Source of the DNA: Dehalococcoidales bacterium
GTDB taxonomy: Bacteria > Chloroflexota > Dehalococcoidia > Dehalococcoidales > UBA2162
Direction: 5' to 3'
Assembly (NCBI GenBank): GCA_030690265.1
Contig: JAUYHA010000135.1
Location: 5,737 to 69,736 of the forward strand
Length of the DNA: 64,000 nucleotides
The position numbers and the translations under genes were made by a program. How positions within the stretch are numbered: the first letter of the stretch is position 1; every line of letters starts with the position of its first letter. The notes beneath the pieces are model-generated. The model did not search any database. It saw only the letters and a list, made by a program, of their open reading frames with translations, and was not told the origin of the DNA. Positions 45,018 to 54,296 of this stretch are shown one piece after another.

Positions 45018-45878
45018 GTGCTCAAGCTAGGTTTTATCGGCGCCGGAACCGTTGGCACTGCCCTGGCTATCAGGTTAAGCGAGAAGGGCTATCAGGTAGT
45101 GGCCGTTTCCAGTCGGAGCCAGAGTTCGGCAGAAAAGCTGGCACAGGCAATCAAGGGCTGCCATGCCGTTAACAGCAACCAGGCAGTGGCTGATGCGGCT
45201 GAGCTTGTTTTCATCACCACGCCTGATGGGGCTATCCCCCTGGTAGCCTCTGAAGTAAAGTGGCACGCCGGGCAGAATGTAGCCCACTGCAGCGGTGCTG
45301 ATTCAACAGCCACCCTGGAACCTGCCAGGAAAGCGGGCGCTCGGGTCGGTGCTTTCCATCCTCTGCAGACCTTCGCCAGTGTTCAGCAAGCCATTGATAA
45401 TATACCGGGCTCGACCTTTGCTATCGAGGCTAAGGAACCGCTCCTGACCAGCCTTAAGGAGATGACCGATGCTCTTAACGGCCGCTGGATAGAGCTGAAA
45501 GCTGGTGATAAAGTAGCCTATCACGCCGCCGCCGTCATCGCCTGTAACTATCTGGTAACCCTGGTCAAGCTGGCTACTGACCTGTGGCAGACTTTCAATG
45601 TGCCCACAAACGAAGCCAGCCGGGCACTTCTCCCCCTGCTGCGTGGCACCATTAATAATATCGAAAATGTCGGCATTCCCCAATGTCTCACCGGACCGAT
45701 TGCCCGGGGTGACAGCGGCACCATTAAAAAACACCTTGATGCTTTAGAAAAAGTAGCTCCTTCAGTGCTCTCGACCTATCGAGAGCTCGGCCGCCAGACT
45801 ATTCCCATTGCTCTGGCAAAGGGCCGCATAGATGAGCAACAAGCCAGAGAACTAAAGACTTTACTGAGCGAAACCTGA
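45018..45878 (+). CDS. Rossmann-fold oxidoreductase with a DUF2520-like C-terminal domain (candidate ketopantoate reductase)
   Basis: LGFIGAGTVGTALA dinucleotide fold. 286 aa. It is the first gene of the panD-panB-panC cluster. Confidence 0.6.
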   Translation: MLKLGFIGAGTVGTALAIRLSEKGYQVVAVSSRSQSSAEKLAQAIKGCHAVNSNQAVADAAELVFITTPDGAIPLVASEVKWHAGQNVAHCSGADSTATLEPARKAGARVGAFHPLQTFASVQQAIDNIPGSTFAIEAKEPLLTSLKEMTDALNGRWIELKAGDKVAYHAAAVIACNYLVTLVKLATDLWQTFNVPTNEASRALLPLLRGTINNIENVGIPQCLTGPIARGDSGTIKKHLDALEKVAPSVLSTYRELGRQTIPIALAKGRIDEQQARELKTLLSET

Positions 45879-45902
45879 ATTTTAAGGAAAGAGGTGAGCC
45901 CA

Positions 45903-46274
45903 ATGAGAACAATGCTTAAAAGCAAAATCCATCGAGCCCGTGTCACCGATGCTAATATAGACTACGAAGGCAGCATAACTATCGACCGCAAACTCATGGA
46001 GCTGGCTGACATTCTGCCGTATGAACAGGTACAGGTGTTGAATATCAACAACGGCGCCCGCTTTGCCACTTATGCCATTGAGGGAGAAAGAGGAGAAATC
46101 TGCCTTAACGGAGCGGCAGCCCGGTTAGCCGTTAAAGGAGATATTGTCATCATCCTTACTTATTGCAATGTTGCCGAAAAAGAAGTCCATAATATCATCC
46201 CCAAACTGGTTTATGTTGACGAGAAAAATGCTGTTGTCAAGACCAGCCAGCCAATGGGTATACCCAATCTCTAG
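45903..46274 (+). CDS. panD: aspartate 1-decarboxylase
   Basis: [28 protein letters not shown] contains the G-S self-processing site, followed by NGARF.TYAI.G. Confidence 0.92.
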   Translation: MRTMLKSKIHRARVTDANIDYEGSITIDRKLMELADILPYEQVQVLNINNGARFATYAIEGERGEICLNGAAARLAVKGDIVIILTYCNVAEKEVHNIIPKLVYVDEKNAVVKTSQPMGIPNL

Positions 46275-46284
46275 GAGGCAGTAA

Positions 46285-47112
46285 ATGCGTGTTACCATAA
46301 ACCAGATAAAGGAAATGAAACAAAAAGGTGAGAAAATCACCATGCTCACCGCCTATGACTACTCTACCGCCAGAATAGTTGATGAGGCAGGAATACCCCT
46401 GATTCTGGTGGGAGACAGCCTGGGCATGGTCGTCCTGGGTTATGAATCAACCATACCGGTAACTATGAGTGAGATGCTCCACCACACCAAAGCTGTGGTC
46501 CGGGGTGCCAAGCAGGCATTGGTAGTTGGTGATATGCCTTTTATGACCTACCATGTCAGTGTTGAAGATGCCCTCAGGAATGCCGCCCGTTTTATCCAGG
46601 AGGCCGGGGCTCAGGCGGTTAAGCTTGAGGGTGGGGTAACCGTAGCTGAAAAGGTAAAACGGATTGTCGAGTGCGGCATCCCGGTGATGGGTCATATCGG
46701 ACTTACCCCCCAGTCAATCCACCAGTTCGGCGGCTTCAAGATACAGGGCAAAACCCCGGAGGCTGCCGTTAAGATACTCGAAGACGCTAAGGCTCTGGAG
46801 CAGGCGGGAGCTTTTAGTATTGTTCTGGAGACCGTCCCGGCTCCGCTGGCAACCCTGATTAGCCAGAAAATAAGTATCCCCACCATCGGCATCGGGGCCG
46901 GTATTGGCTGCGATGGTCAGGTGCAGGTTATCAATGACATTCTGGGTTCGTTTGCCGACTTCGTCCCCAAGCACGCCAAGCAGTATGCCAAACTTACCGA
47001 CATTATCCGAAGTGCCGTTACCGAATATGATAATGAGGTCAAAGCCGGCAGCTTCCCCACCGACAAGCAAAGCTTCTCCATGGACGAAAGCATCCTGGCG
47101 GGACTAAAGTAA
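46285..47112 (+). CDS. panB: 3-methyl-2-oxobutanoate hydroxymethyltransferase
   Basis: [51 protein letters not shown]. Confidence 0.93.
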   Translation: MRVTINQIKEMKQKGEKITMLTAYDYSTARIVDEAGIPLILVGDSLGMVVLGYESTIPVTMSEMLHHTKAVVRGAKQALVVGDMPFMTYHVSVEDALRNAARFIQEAGAQAVKLEGGVTVAEKVKRIVECGIPVMGHIGLTPQSIHQFGGFKIQGKTPEAAVKILEDAKALEQAGAFSIVLETVPAPLATLISQKISIPTIGIGAGIGCDGQVQVINDILGSFADFVPKHAKQYAKLTDIIRSAVTEYDNEVKAGSFPTDKQSFSMDESILAGLK

Positions 47113-47200
47113 AAACAGCCCAAAGGCTTGGTGGAGGTTAAAATGAAGAAGGAAACCTACCATATATTTCCTGTAATTCTTGCTAGGAACGAGTGGTAAC

Positions 47201-47566
47201 GTGGGTGTTGATTCGTTTATTGAAGGAATTCCATATGGCCAACAGAAACCCAGAGGGGATATAGAAGCACCTGACAGGTGGACTGAAGCTGTGAAGCAAG
47301 TGACAAAGAATCTCCCGAGAGTGAAAGGCTCATGCTACATGATCGTCGTGTTTGTCTTACCTGAAAATAAGTACCCATCAGATCACCCATATGGGCCTGA
47401 CCTGGATAACCTCATGAAGCGACTACTTGATGCCTTAAATGACACAGTATTCTCCGAAGTTGCAGGTAAAGATGGAAGCGTCGTTCAGTTGGTGGTCTCA
47501 AAACGCAAAGCAATGCAGAACGAGCCAACTGGTGCTAGGGTGATTATTGCTGATAGAGGAGACTAG
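47201..47566 (+). CDS. RusA-like Holliday-junction resolvase
   Basis: GPDLDNLMKRLLDALNDTVF matches the RusA DxDNxxKxxxDAL catalytic motif. N-terminal FIEGIPYGQQKPR. The start is uncertain (GTG 47201 or TTG 47180). Confidence 0.6.
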   Translation: MGVDSFIEGIPYGQQKPRGDIEAPDRWTEAVKQVTKNLPRVKGSCYMIVVFVLPENKYPSDHPYGPDLDNLMKRLLDALNDTVFSEVAGKDGSVVQLVVSKRKAMQNEPTGARVIIADRGD

Positions 47567-47591
47567 ATACAAAAGAGTTTGTGGAGTGTTT

Positions 47592-47650
47592 AAGAGGGGC
47601 GAAGCCCCTCTTTATATAATATTCCCCTTCCCCTTGTTAAGGGGAAGGGG
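47592..47650. repeat. PAL-B double hairpin
   Basis: aagaggggc-gaa-gcccctctt (47592..47612) and ccccttcccctt-gtt-aaggggaagggg (12-bp stem, 47624..47650). It lies just upstream of panC. Confidence 0.85.
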
Positions 47651-47677
47651 ATAAAGGGGATAGGGTAGATAAGAACT

Positions 47678-48511
47678 ATGAAAGTGATTGAAACCATAGT
47701 TGAGATGAACCGGCTCAGGCTTAAGCTGGCTGAGCCGGTTGGCTTTGTCCCCACTATGGGCTATCTGCACGATGGTCACCTGGCTCTGGTTAATCAAGCC
47801 AGGTCAGAAAACTCCACAGTGGTTGTCAGCATCTTTGTTAACCCCACCCAGTTTGGTCCCACTGAAGACTTCAAGAGCTATCCCCGTGATATTAAGCGTG
47901 ACCTGGCAATGCTGGAGAAGGCAAAAACTGACATCGTCTTTATGCCTTCTGCCGCTGAAATGTATCCTCCGCGATTCAGCAGTTGGGTAGATGTGGAAAA
48001 GATAACTGAACAATTGGAAGGTGCTGTCCGCCCCGGTCATTTTCGAGGGGTGGCAACAGTGGTCGCCAAGCTATTCAATATCGTCCGGCCAGCCAGAGCC
48101 TACTTCGGGCAGAAAGACGCCCAGCAGATGACAGTCATCAAGAAAATGGTAACCGACCTGAATATGAACCTGGAGGTAGTCGCCTGCCCCACGGTGCGCG
48201 AGCCTGATGGGCTGGCGATGAGCAGTCGCAACACCTACCTCAAGCCGGAAGAGCGTAAGGCAGCCGCAGTTCTCTATCAGTCACTCAAGCTGGCTCAGCA
48301 GTTGTGGTCACAGGGAGAGAAAGACGCCGAAAAAATACGTCGGCAAGTGATGGAGCTTATCCAGAAACAGCCTCTAGCCAGAATTGAGTATGTCAGTATC
48401 GCCGACAACGAGACCCTCGAAGAACTGGACGTGGTCAAGCCTCCGGCCCTGGTATCCCTGGTGGTAAAAATCGGCAAGCCCAGACTGATAGATAATGTAG
48501 TGCTGGAATAG
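47678..48511 (+). CDS. panC: pantoate--beta-alanine ligase
   Basis: GFVPTMGYLHDGHLALV, VSIFVNPTQF, GQKDAQQ, REPDGLAMSSRN. Confidence 0.93.
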   Translation: MKVIETIVEMNRLRLKLAEPVGFVPTMGYLHDGHLALVNQARSENSTVVVSIFVNPTQFGPTEDFKSYPRDIKRDLAMLEKAKTDIVFMPSAAEMYPPRFSSWVDVEKITEQLEGAVRPGHFRGVATVVAKLFNIVRPARAYFGQKDAQQMTVIKKMVTDLNMNLEVVACPTVREPDGLAMSSRNTYLKPEERKAAAVLYQSLKLAQQLWSQGEKDAEKIRRQVMELIQKQPLARIEYVSIADNETLEELDVVKPPALVSLVVKIGKPRLIDNVVLE

Positions 48512-49429
48512 CTATGTTGATATAAATCCCGCCACTTGCGCCTTAATTTCCGCCTCCATCTCTTCCTGTATATCAAACCAGTGTATTCTTTTGTCCGTCA
48601 GGCGGAACCAGTTGTACTGGCGGCGGACGAGGCGGTGGGTCTCGGTCTTAATCTGCCGGACAGCGCTATCCAGACCAAGCTCACCCTTGAGGAACATGCC
48701 AATCTGCTTGTAGCCGATGCCGGACATCGCCGGCAGGTCGAAGCCATAGCCCGTATCCAGCAGCTTTTTCACTTCCTCGACCAGCCCCTGCCCTATCATC
48801 CGGTCGACCCTCGAATCAGTCCGGCGGTAGAGTTCGGCTCTCTCCGTAGTTAAGCCTATAATGAGGCTGTCAAAAGGCGGGGCTTCTTTGCTATGGAGCC
48901 GGGAGAAGGGAGCTTCGGCATACCTGGATACCTCAAGAGCCCTTATCAGGCGGCGGACATTGCGACGGTCAATGCTCTGGGCGGCTACCGGGTCAACCTT
49001 CATTAGCTCCTGGTAAAGCTCCTCCCCTCCCCCGCTGACTGCCTTTTCTTCAAGCAGGCGCCTGAATTCTGGGTCAGAGGCAACCTCCGGTATCTGCCAC
49101 CCTTCCAGTACCGCCCAGACATAAAGCCCGCTGCCTCCCACTAATACGGGCAATTTCTGACGTTGCTGAATATCATTGATAGCCTGGTAGGCAAGCCGCT
49201 GATATTGGGCCAGGCTGAAATCTTCATCGGGGTTTATTATGTCAATAAGATGATGGGGGACGCGAGACAGCTCCTGGCGGCCGGGCTTGGCGGTGCCGAT
49301 ATCCATATGGCGGTAGACCTGCCGGCTGTCGGCACTGACTATCTCACCCTGAAACTGCTGAGCTAAATAAAGAGCCAGCCGGCTCTTCCCCGTAGCCGTG
49401 GGACCAACAATAGCTACCAGACGGTTCAT
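48512..49429 (-). CDS. miaA: tRNA dimethylallyltransferase
   Basis: P-loop GPTATGKS, YRHMDIGTAKP, GGSGLY. 305 aa. It is convergent with panC with no gap. Confidence 0.92.
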   Translation of the reverse strand: MNRLVAIVGPTATGKSRLALYLAQQFQGEIVSADSRQVYRHMDIGTAKPGRQELSRVPHHLIDIINPDEDFSLAQYQRLAYQAINDIQQRQKLPVLVGGSGLYVWAVLEGWQIPEVASDPEFRRLLEEKAVSGGGEELYQELMKVDPVAAQSIDRRNVRRLIRALEVSRYAEAPFSRLHSKEAPPFDSLIIGLTTERAELYRRTDSRVDRMIGQGLVEEVKKLLDTGYGFDLPAMSGIGYKQIGMFLKGELGLDSAVRQIKTETHRLVRRQYNWFRLTDKRIHWFDIQEEMEAEIKAQVAGFIST

Positions 49430-49442
49430 TCTGAAGCTTCCT

Positions 49443-49475
49443 TGTCATTGCGAGGGCGAAGCCCTCGCAATGACA
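49443..49475. repeat. minimal PAL-A palindrome (33 bp)
   Basis: tgtcattgcgagggc-gaa-gccctcgcaatgaca, a perfect 15-bp stem. It lies between the tpiA stop and the miaA start. Confidence 0.9.
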
Positions 49476-49547
49476 CTTTCTGGACAGCCTTAAGACTTCT
49501 CTTAAGAGAGACTTCACGCCTCTCTAACTCCTCTGTGACAAACGACC

Positions 49548-50300
49548 TTAGAGTTCTGCGGTCTGATTAACAATGCTCAGGAACTCGTTGGCTTTCAGAC
49601 TTGCCCCGCCGACCAGGGCACCGTCTATCTCGGGCTGCTTCATGAACTCGGTGGCATTGGCGGAAGTAACGCTGCCGCCGTAGAGAATACGCACATCCTG
49701 AGCGGCGATGTCGCTGTATAACTCGCCAATGAGCTGACGGATAAAAGCAATAGTCTCATTTGCCTGCTCACCGGTGGCGGCTCTGCCGGTGCCGATAGCC
49801 CAGACCGGCTCATAGGCGATTATGAAGCCACGGTGGTAATCTATCCCGGCCAAGGATGACCTTAGCTGTTCGGCCGCCACCTCTTCCGTTCTCCCCGCCT
49901 CGTTTTCCTCCAGCCTTTCCCCGATACAGAGGATGGGTTTCAAGCCCGCCTTCATCGCTGCCCGTATCTTCTTATTGACAATCTCCCCCGTCTCACCAAA
50001 GTACTGCCGGCGCTCCGAGTGGCCGATAATGACGAATTCACAGAGTTCAGCCAGCATCGGCGGAGAAATTTCGCCGGTATAAGCCCCTTTCTCTTCAAAA
50101 TACAGGTTTTGCGCCCCCAGCTTTATTGAAGAGCCTTTCAGCAAATCACGAATGCTAGACAGGGAAATAAAAGGCGGACAGACAACTTTATCAACACTAG
50201 ATATTATGTCAAGTCTATAAAGCATCTCCCCTACCAGTGCCAGGGCTTCGCCCAGGGTGGTATTCATCTTCCAATTACCAGCAATCATTGGCACTCGCAT
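49548..50300 (-). CDS. tpiA: triose-phosphate isomerase
   Basis: IAGNWKMN, IGHSERR, AYEPVWAIGTG, YGGSV. Confidence 0.95.
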   Translation of the reverse strand: MRVPMIAGNWKMNTTLGEALALVGEMLYRLDIISSVDKVVCPPFISLSSIRDLLKGSSIKLGAQNLYFEEKGAYTGEISPPMLAELCEFVIIGHSERRQYFGETGEIVNKKIRAAMKAGLKPILCIGERLEENEAGRTEEVAAEQLRSSLAGIDYHRGFIIAYEPVWAIGTGRAATGEQANETIAFIRQLIGELYSDIAAQDVRILYGGSVTSANATEFMKQPEIDGALVGGASLKANEFLSIVNQTAEL

Positions 50301-50347
50301 TTTAATCTCTCCTAAGGATAGTTATTTATCTACCTCACCCCCTGTAT

Positions 50348-50407
50348 CCCCCTCTCCTTCAAAGGAGAGGGGGAAGTAAGGTTTTGAAGGGGCTAAGCCC
50401 CTTCAAA
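50348..50407. repeat. PAL-B double hairpin
   Basis: ccccctctcc-ttcaaa-ggagaggggg (50348..50373) and tttgaaggggc-taa-gccccttcaaa (50383..50407). It lies just upstream of the tpiA start. Confidence 0.85.
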
Positions 50408-50429
50408 CTTTCCTTTTGGCTTCTTTGTT

Positions 50430-50738
50430 TTAACTAAACTTATACCCTAAATCTTTAAGACGTTGCTCAGCTGCCTTTAATTCCTCTTCACAAAATAGGC
50501 TTCTAAACTTATGATTAAGAACAAGAGCCTCCATAGAGATGTCTAGTCTGCCACATTCCCAAAGTTCGAATAATCCGCTTTGGGGAACGTTTGAGGAAAG
50601 TAGCCTTTTTGCTGCTGCTACACCACCCATTTCCGTAACCATACGAAGAAAGTAGGTCGCATTATAGTGGCATTCTTCTTTTGCCTTCACATAGATACTG
50701 AGCATTGCATTGTAGAAAGCGGATTCCATATCCGACAT
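50430..50738 (-). CDS. hypothetical small protein
   Basis: 102-aa ORF, visibly more AT-rich than its neighbours, inserted between apgM and tpiA. No family was confidently recognised. Confidence 0.45.
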   Translation of the reverse strand: MSDMESAFYNAMLSIYVKAKEECHYNATYFLRMVTEMGGVAAAKRLLSSNVPQSGLFELWECGRLDISMEALVLNHKFRSLFCEEELKAAEQRLKDLGYKFS

Positions 50739-50749
50739 GACTCACTCTC

Positions 50750-51955
50750 TTAAGCCCCGTATTTATCGAGCTTGAGGGCATTTGCCATCGCCAGTGGCAT
50801 AATCTGGGTGGCGAAAAGCCTGCCCAATCCGCCCGAAAGGCAGGCTGACTCGGAAAACTCTTTTACCCCGTCAGCCCGGCACCATTTAGAAAATAAAAGC
50901 ACCGGCAAGGGATGCCAGCTATGTGCTTTAAGTAAGGCCGGTGTCGAGTGGTCACCGGTAATCACGATAACATCGGGCTGCAGCTTTGTCAGCCCGGCTA
51001 ACCGGCTGTCAATTTCCTCAATGACAGCAACCTTGCGGTTAAAGTCGCCATCCTCACCGGCCGAATCAGTCGCCTTTATATGCATAAAAAAGAAGTCATA
51101 TTTAGCATAGTTCCGGGTCAGTGTCTCGAACTCAGCCTCAATTCCGGAGCCTGTCTCAAGAATTTCCATGCCGACCAGCCTGGCTAAACCCCGGTACATA
51201 GGATAGCTGGCAATGGCGGCAGGTTCCAATTTATAAACCTCGTTCATTGTCGGAAAATGAGGCTTTCTGGAGAAACCACGAAGGAGAATCATATTGGCCG
51301 GAGTATGTTCAGCCAGAATTGCCTTTGCCCTGGTCACAAACCTATTGGCAATATCAGCAATTCTGCCTGCTTCCGGGCTTGAGGCAGTGATAGCCAGCGG
51401 TGCCATCCCCTCCTGCTGAGGGTCGGAATCGGTAGCGTCAGGGGAAAGACCCTCTCCACGGAATACTGCGATAAAGCGGTGCTCCATCACCGGGCGGACC
51501 AGAACTGTGACCCCGTCTATTACCTGCCCGTCCAGTAAGAGGGAGAGTTCGGCACACTTCTCCGTAGAGATGCGGCCAGCCCTGCGGTCGCTAACCAGTC
51601 CGGTTGTATCCAGGGTGCAGAAGTTCCCCCTGGCAGCCACATCTTCTGTTTGAAGCTCAAAATCCACCCCGACTGCCTCCAGCACCCCGCGACCAATATT
51701 AAAACTGACCGGGTCATAGCCGAACAAAGCCAGATGACCGGGAGCACTGCCGGGGGTTATGCCCGGGCTTACCGGGTCGCTTAAGCCGCAGACGCCCTCA
51801 GCAGCCAGTTTATCAAGATTAGGCGTCTTTGCCGTTTCCAGTTCTGTCTTCCCCGTCTCCGGATGGGGTAGCCCACCCAGCCCATCAACAACCACCAGCA
51901 CTATCCTGGTCGGAGAAGGCCTGGAAATCGACTTTATTAAGTCCAAGCTGACCAT
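50750..51955 (-). CDS. apgM: cofactor-independent phosphoglycerate mutase, archaeal type (ApgM)
   Basis: VLVVVDGLGG, TPNLDKLA, SAPGHLALFGYDP, DSAGEDGDF, ITGDHSTP. The ATG at 51955 (MVSLDLIK) is preferred over 52042. Confidence 0.88.
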   Translation of the reverse strand: MVSLDLIKSISRPSPTRIVLVVVDGLGGLPHPETGKTELETAKTPNLDKLAAEGVCGLSDPVSPGITPGSAPGHLALFGYDPVSFNIGRGVLEAVGVDFELQTEDVAARGNFCTLDTTGLVSDRRAGRISTEKCAELSLLLDGQVIDGVTVLVRPVMEHRFIAVFRGEGLSPDATDSDPQQEGMAPLAITASSPEAGRIADIANRFVTRAKAILAEHTPANMILLRGFSRKPHFPTMNEVYKLEPAAIASYPMYRGLARLVGMEILETGSGIEAEFETLTRNYAKYDFFFMHIKATDSAGEDGDFNRKVAVIEEIDSRLAGLTKLQPDVIVITGDHSTPALLKAHSWHPLPVLLFSKWCRADGVKEFSESACLSGGLGRLFATQIMPLAMANALKLDKYGA

Positions 51956-51977
51956 TTTCTCAAAGTCGTCAGTCTTT

Positions 51978-52307
51978 CTAGGATGAGGATATCTCACTGA
52001 GCTTATCCAAAATAAAGATAGCATCGAAAAAGTCGAGGCCATAGTTTCTGGCTATTTGCTCTATGTCTCCCCCGGCAATTGCCTTGTAGGAAGAGAAATA
52101 TCCGCTGGCAGTAAGGGCATCAGCGAAAAATACCTTGGCGCTCTGAAGTTCGTCCTCGTGAAAATTTTCCTCGATTGCAGCCATTACATTGCGAATCGAC
52201 TCGTTTTGTTTACGCTGCTTTTCACGGAAGTACAGCCTTTGCTTTGGTGCATCTTGCTCTCTTATTTTGTGTAATTCCCGCTCGGTTTGTTCGTGAACAT
52301 CATTCAT
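51978..52307 (-). CDS. hypothetical small protein
   Basis: 109-aa ORF between pgk and apgM with a charged N-terminal half. No family was recognised. Confidence 0.4.
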   Translation of the reverse strand: MNDVHEQTERELHKIREQDAPKQRLYFREKQRKQNESIRNVMAAIEENFHEDELQSAKVFFADALTASGYFSSYKAIAGGDIEQIARNYGLDFFDAIFILDKLSEISSS

Positions 52308-52331
52308 AGTGGTTGTCCTTTCTTTCCAGTT

Positions 52332-53528
52332 TTAATTTGAGTCTTTATCGAGTAATGCCTCCACTCCGGGCAGCTTAGAACCACCCAGAAAGTTCAGCGA
52401 AGCCCCACCCCCCGTGGAGACAAAGCTCATCTTATCAGTCAGCCCCAGGTTAGTTACAATCTCAGCTGTTGAACCGCCCCCAATAACAGTGGTAGCATCA
52501 AGCTCAGCCAGCAGTTTTGCCATAGCCTGCGTTCCTTCAGCAAACCCGGGTATTTCGTAGATACCCATTGGCCCGTTCCAGAAGACTGTCTTACATTTTC
52601 GCAGCTCCTCAGAAAATCTATCGATAGTTTGCTTGCCTATATCCACAATCTTCTGTCGCGGTGGTATATTCTCAATAGAGACAACCCTGCTTTCCGCCCC
52701 GGCACTGATTTCATCGGCAACCACCACGTCAACCGGGAGGAACAAGGTGACACCATTATCGGCTGCCTTTCCCACCAATTCGATAGCAGTATCCAGCCTG
52801 TCCTCCTCAATCAAAGACAGCCCCACTTCATAAGAGTTAGCTTTGAGAAAGGTGGCTGCCATACCGCCGCCGATGAGAAGAAAATCCACTTTATCCATTA
52901 TATTTTCCAGCATACTGACCTTATCGCTTACTTTAGCTCCGCCAACCAGTCCGGCAAAAGGATGAGCCGGACTCGTCAGGATACTGCCCAGCGTTTCCAG
53001 CTCTTTTTGCATCAAAAACCCGGCTACTGAAGGCAGATACCTGGTGATTCCTGCTGTTGAGGCGTGGGCACGATGGGCAGTACCGAAAGCATCGTTGACG
53101 AAGAGGTCAGCTAACTCGGCCAGTTTCCGGGCAAAGGCGGGGTCATTCTCCTCTTCACCGGCATGAAAACGGAGGTTTTCCAGCAGCAGCACCTCGCCGC
53201 TCCTTAAACTCTCCACCGCTTCGCTTGTTTCAGGACCGATAGCATCCCTGGTAACTGCAACCTGTTTGCCCAGTATTTGTGACAGGCGCCGGGCAACACC
53301 GGTCAATCGCAGCTTATCAACCACCTTGCCGTCCGGGCGGCCCAGGTGGGAACAGAGGATAACCCTGGCTCCTCTCTCAAGAAGATAATTGATGGTAGGC
53401 AATGATGCCCGGATACGGCTGTCATCGGTGATTTCTCCTGTTTTCTCATCAAACGGGACATTGAAATCAACTCTGACCAGGACCCTTTTGCCGCTTACAT
53501 CTATATCCCTGACCGTCAGCTTAGCCAT
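52332..53528 (-). CDS. pgk: phosphoglycerate kinase
   Basis: RVDFNVP, SHLGRP, AFGTAHRAH, GGAKVSDK, WNGPMG, GGGS. Confidence 0.95.
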   Translation of the reverse strand: MAKLTVRDIDVSGKRVLVRVDFNVPFDEKTGEITDDSRIRASLPTINYLLERGARVILCSHLGRPDGKVVDKLRLTGVARRLSQILGKQVAVTRDAIGPETSEAVESLRSGEVLLLENLRFHAGEEENDPAFARKLAELADLFVNDAFGTAHRAHASTAGITRYLPSVAGFLMQKELETLGSILTSPAHPFAGLVGGAKVSDKVSMLENIMDKVDFLLIGGGMAATFLKANSYEVGLSLIEEDRLDTAIELVGKAADNGVTLFLPVDVVVADEISAGAESRVVSIENIPPRQKIVDIGKQTIDRFSEELRKCKTVFWNGPMGIYEIPGFAEGTQAMAKLLAELDATTVIGGGSTAEIVTNLGLTDKMSFVSTGGGASLNFLGGSKLPGVEALLDKDSN

Positions 53529-53587
53529 TTGCCACTCCAGGTTTGGTATTTAACAGTTGGAAATGAGATTTCCGATGTTCCGGGTCA

Positions 53588-53720
53588 CGAAGTTTGCCTT
53601 CGCGTCATTCTGGCGAAGCCTGTCCCGTACCTGATACGGGAGCCAGAATCCAATCGCCACCCTACCCCTGGATTCCAGCCAGAGTTTACCCCGTACTGGG
53701 ATACGGGGCTGGAATGACAG
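53588..53720. repeat. PAL-C hairpin cluster
   Basis: cccgta-cctga-tacggg (53634..53650) and ccccgta-ctggga-tacgggg (53689..53708). The first 65 nt are nearly identical to 14251..14313. Confidence 0.8.
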
Positions 53721-53793
53721 TTGTAAGAATAGCCTGAGTTATTCAAGTTATTTTTAGACCTCATATTAGCAATAATAGCAAGAAATTGAGGGG

Positions 53794-53823
53794 TTGACAA
53801 TGATATTAAGTTCAGGTTATAAT
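53794..53823 (+). promoter_or_regulatory. candidate sigma-70 promoter of fur
   Basis: TTGACA 53794..53799, an 18-nt spacer, then TATAAT 53818..53823. Confidence 0.55.
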
Positions 53824-53915
53824 ACTTGCAAATGATACCTAATAGCAATAAGTCAGCAAGCCGTAAAACCAGACCAACGAGGAACACCCCCCAGCTTAAT
53901 CTCTCCGGTACCGGA

Positions 53916-54296
53916 ATGAGAATGACCAGTCAGCGGGCGTTAATTCTGGAAATCGTTCGCCAGGGTCATTTTGATGCCGACGAAGTTTACCGGCGAGCGA
54001 GGGAGAAAATGCCCCGCATCAGCCTCTCTACTGTTTACCGTACATTACACAACCTCAAGAAGCGGAGCTTGATAGAGGAGCTCCATTTTGACGAAGAACA
54101 CCATCACTATGAAGTAAAACCATCTACCGAGCACCACCACCTGACCTGCCTTAGCTGCGGGCGGGTGATTGAATTCCAGTACCCGCTGGCTCGTCTGATA
54201 AAGAGGAATGTTACCGAAGCCAGAGATTTTGAGATTACCGAGACCGAGCTCCGCGTGAGCGGCTATTGTGCCCGGTGCCGTGAAAAAGGAAAATAA
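53916..54296 (+). CDS. fur: Fur-family metal-responsive transcriptional regulator
   Basis: TSQRALILEIV wHTH, His-rich HFDEEHHHYEV..EHHHL, and CxxC pairs CLSCG / CARC. The start is uncertain. ATG 53916 is chosen, and in-frame starts at 53826/53832 are possible. Confidence 0.8.
   Translation: MRMTSQRALILEIVRQGHFDADEVYRRAREKMPRISLSTVYRTLHNLKKRSLIEELHFDEEHHHYEVKPSTEHHHLTCLSCGRVIEFQYPLARLIKRNVTEARDFEITETELRVSGYCARCREKGK

Noticed and set aside
51956-52042. 29-residue N-terminal extension of apgM
   Set aside because: It overlaps the upstream small ORF. Conserved ApgM sequence starts shortly after the internal ATG at 51955.
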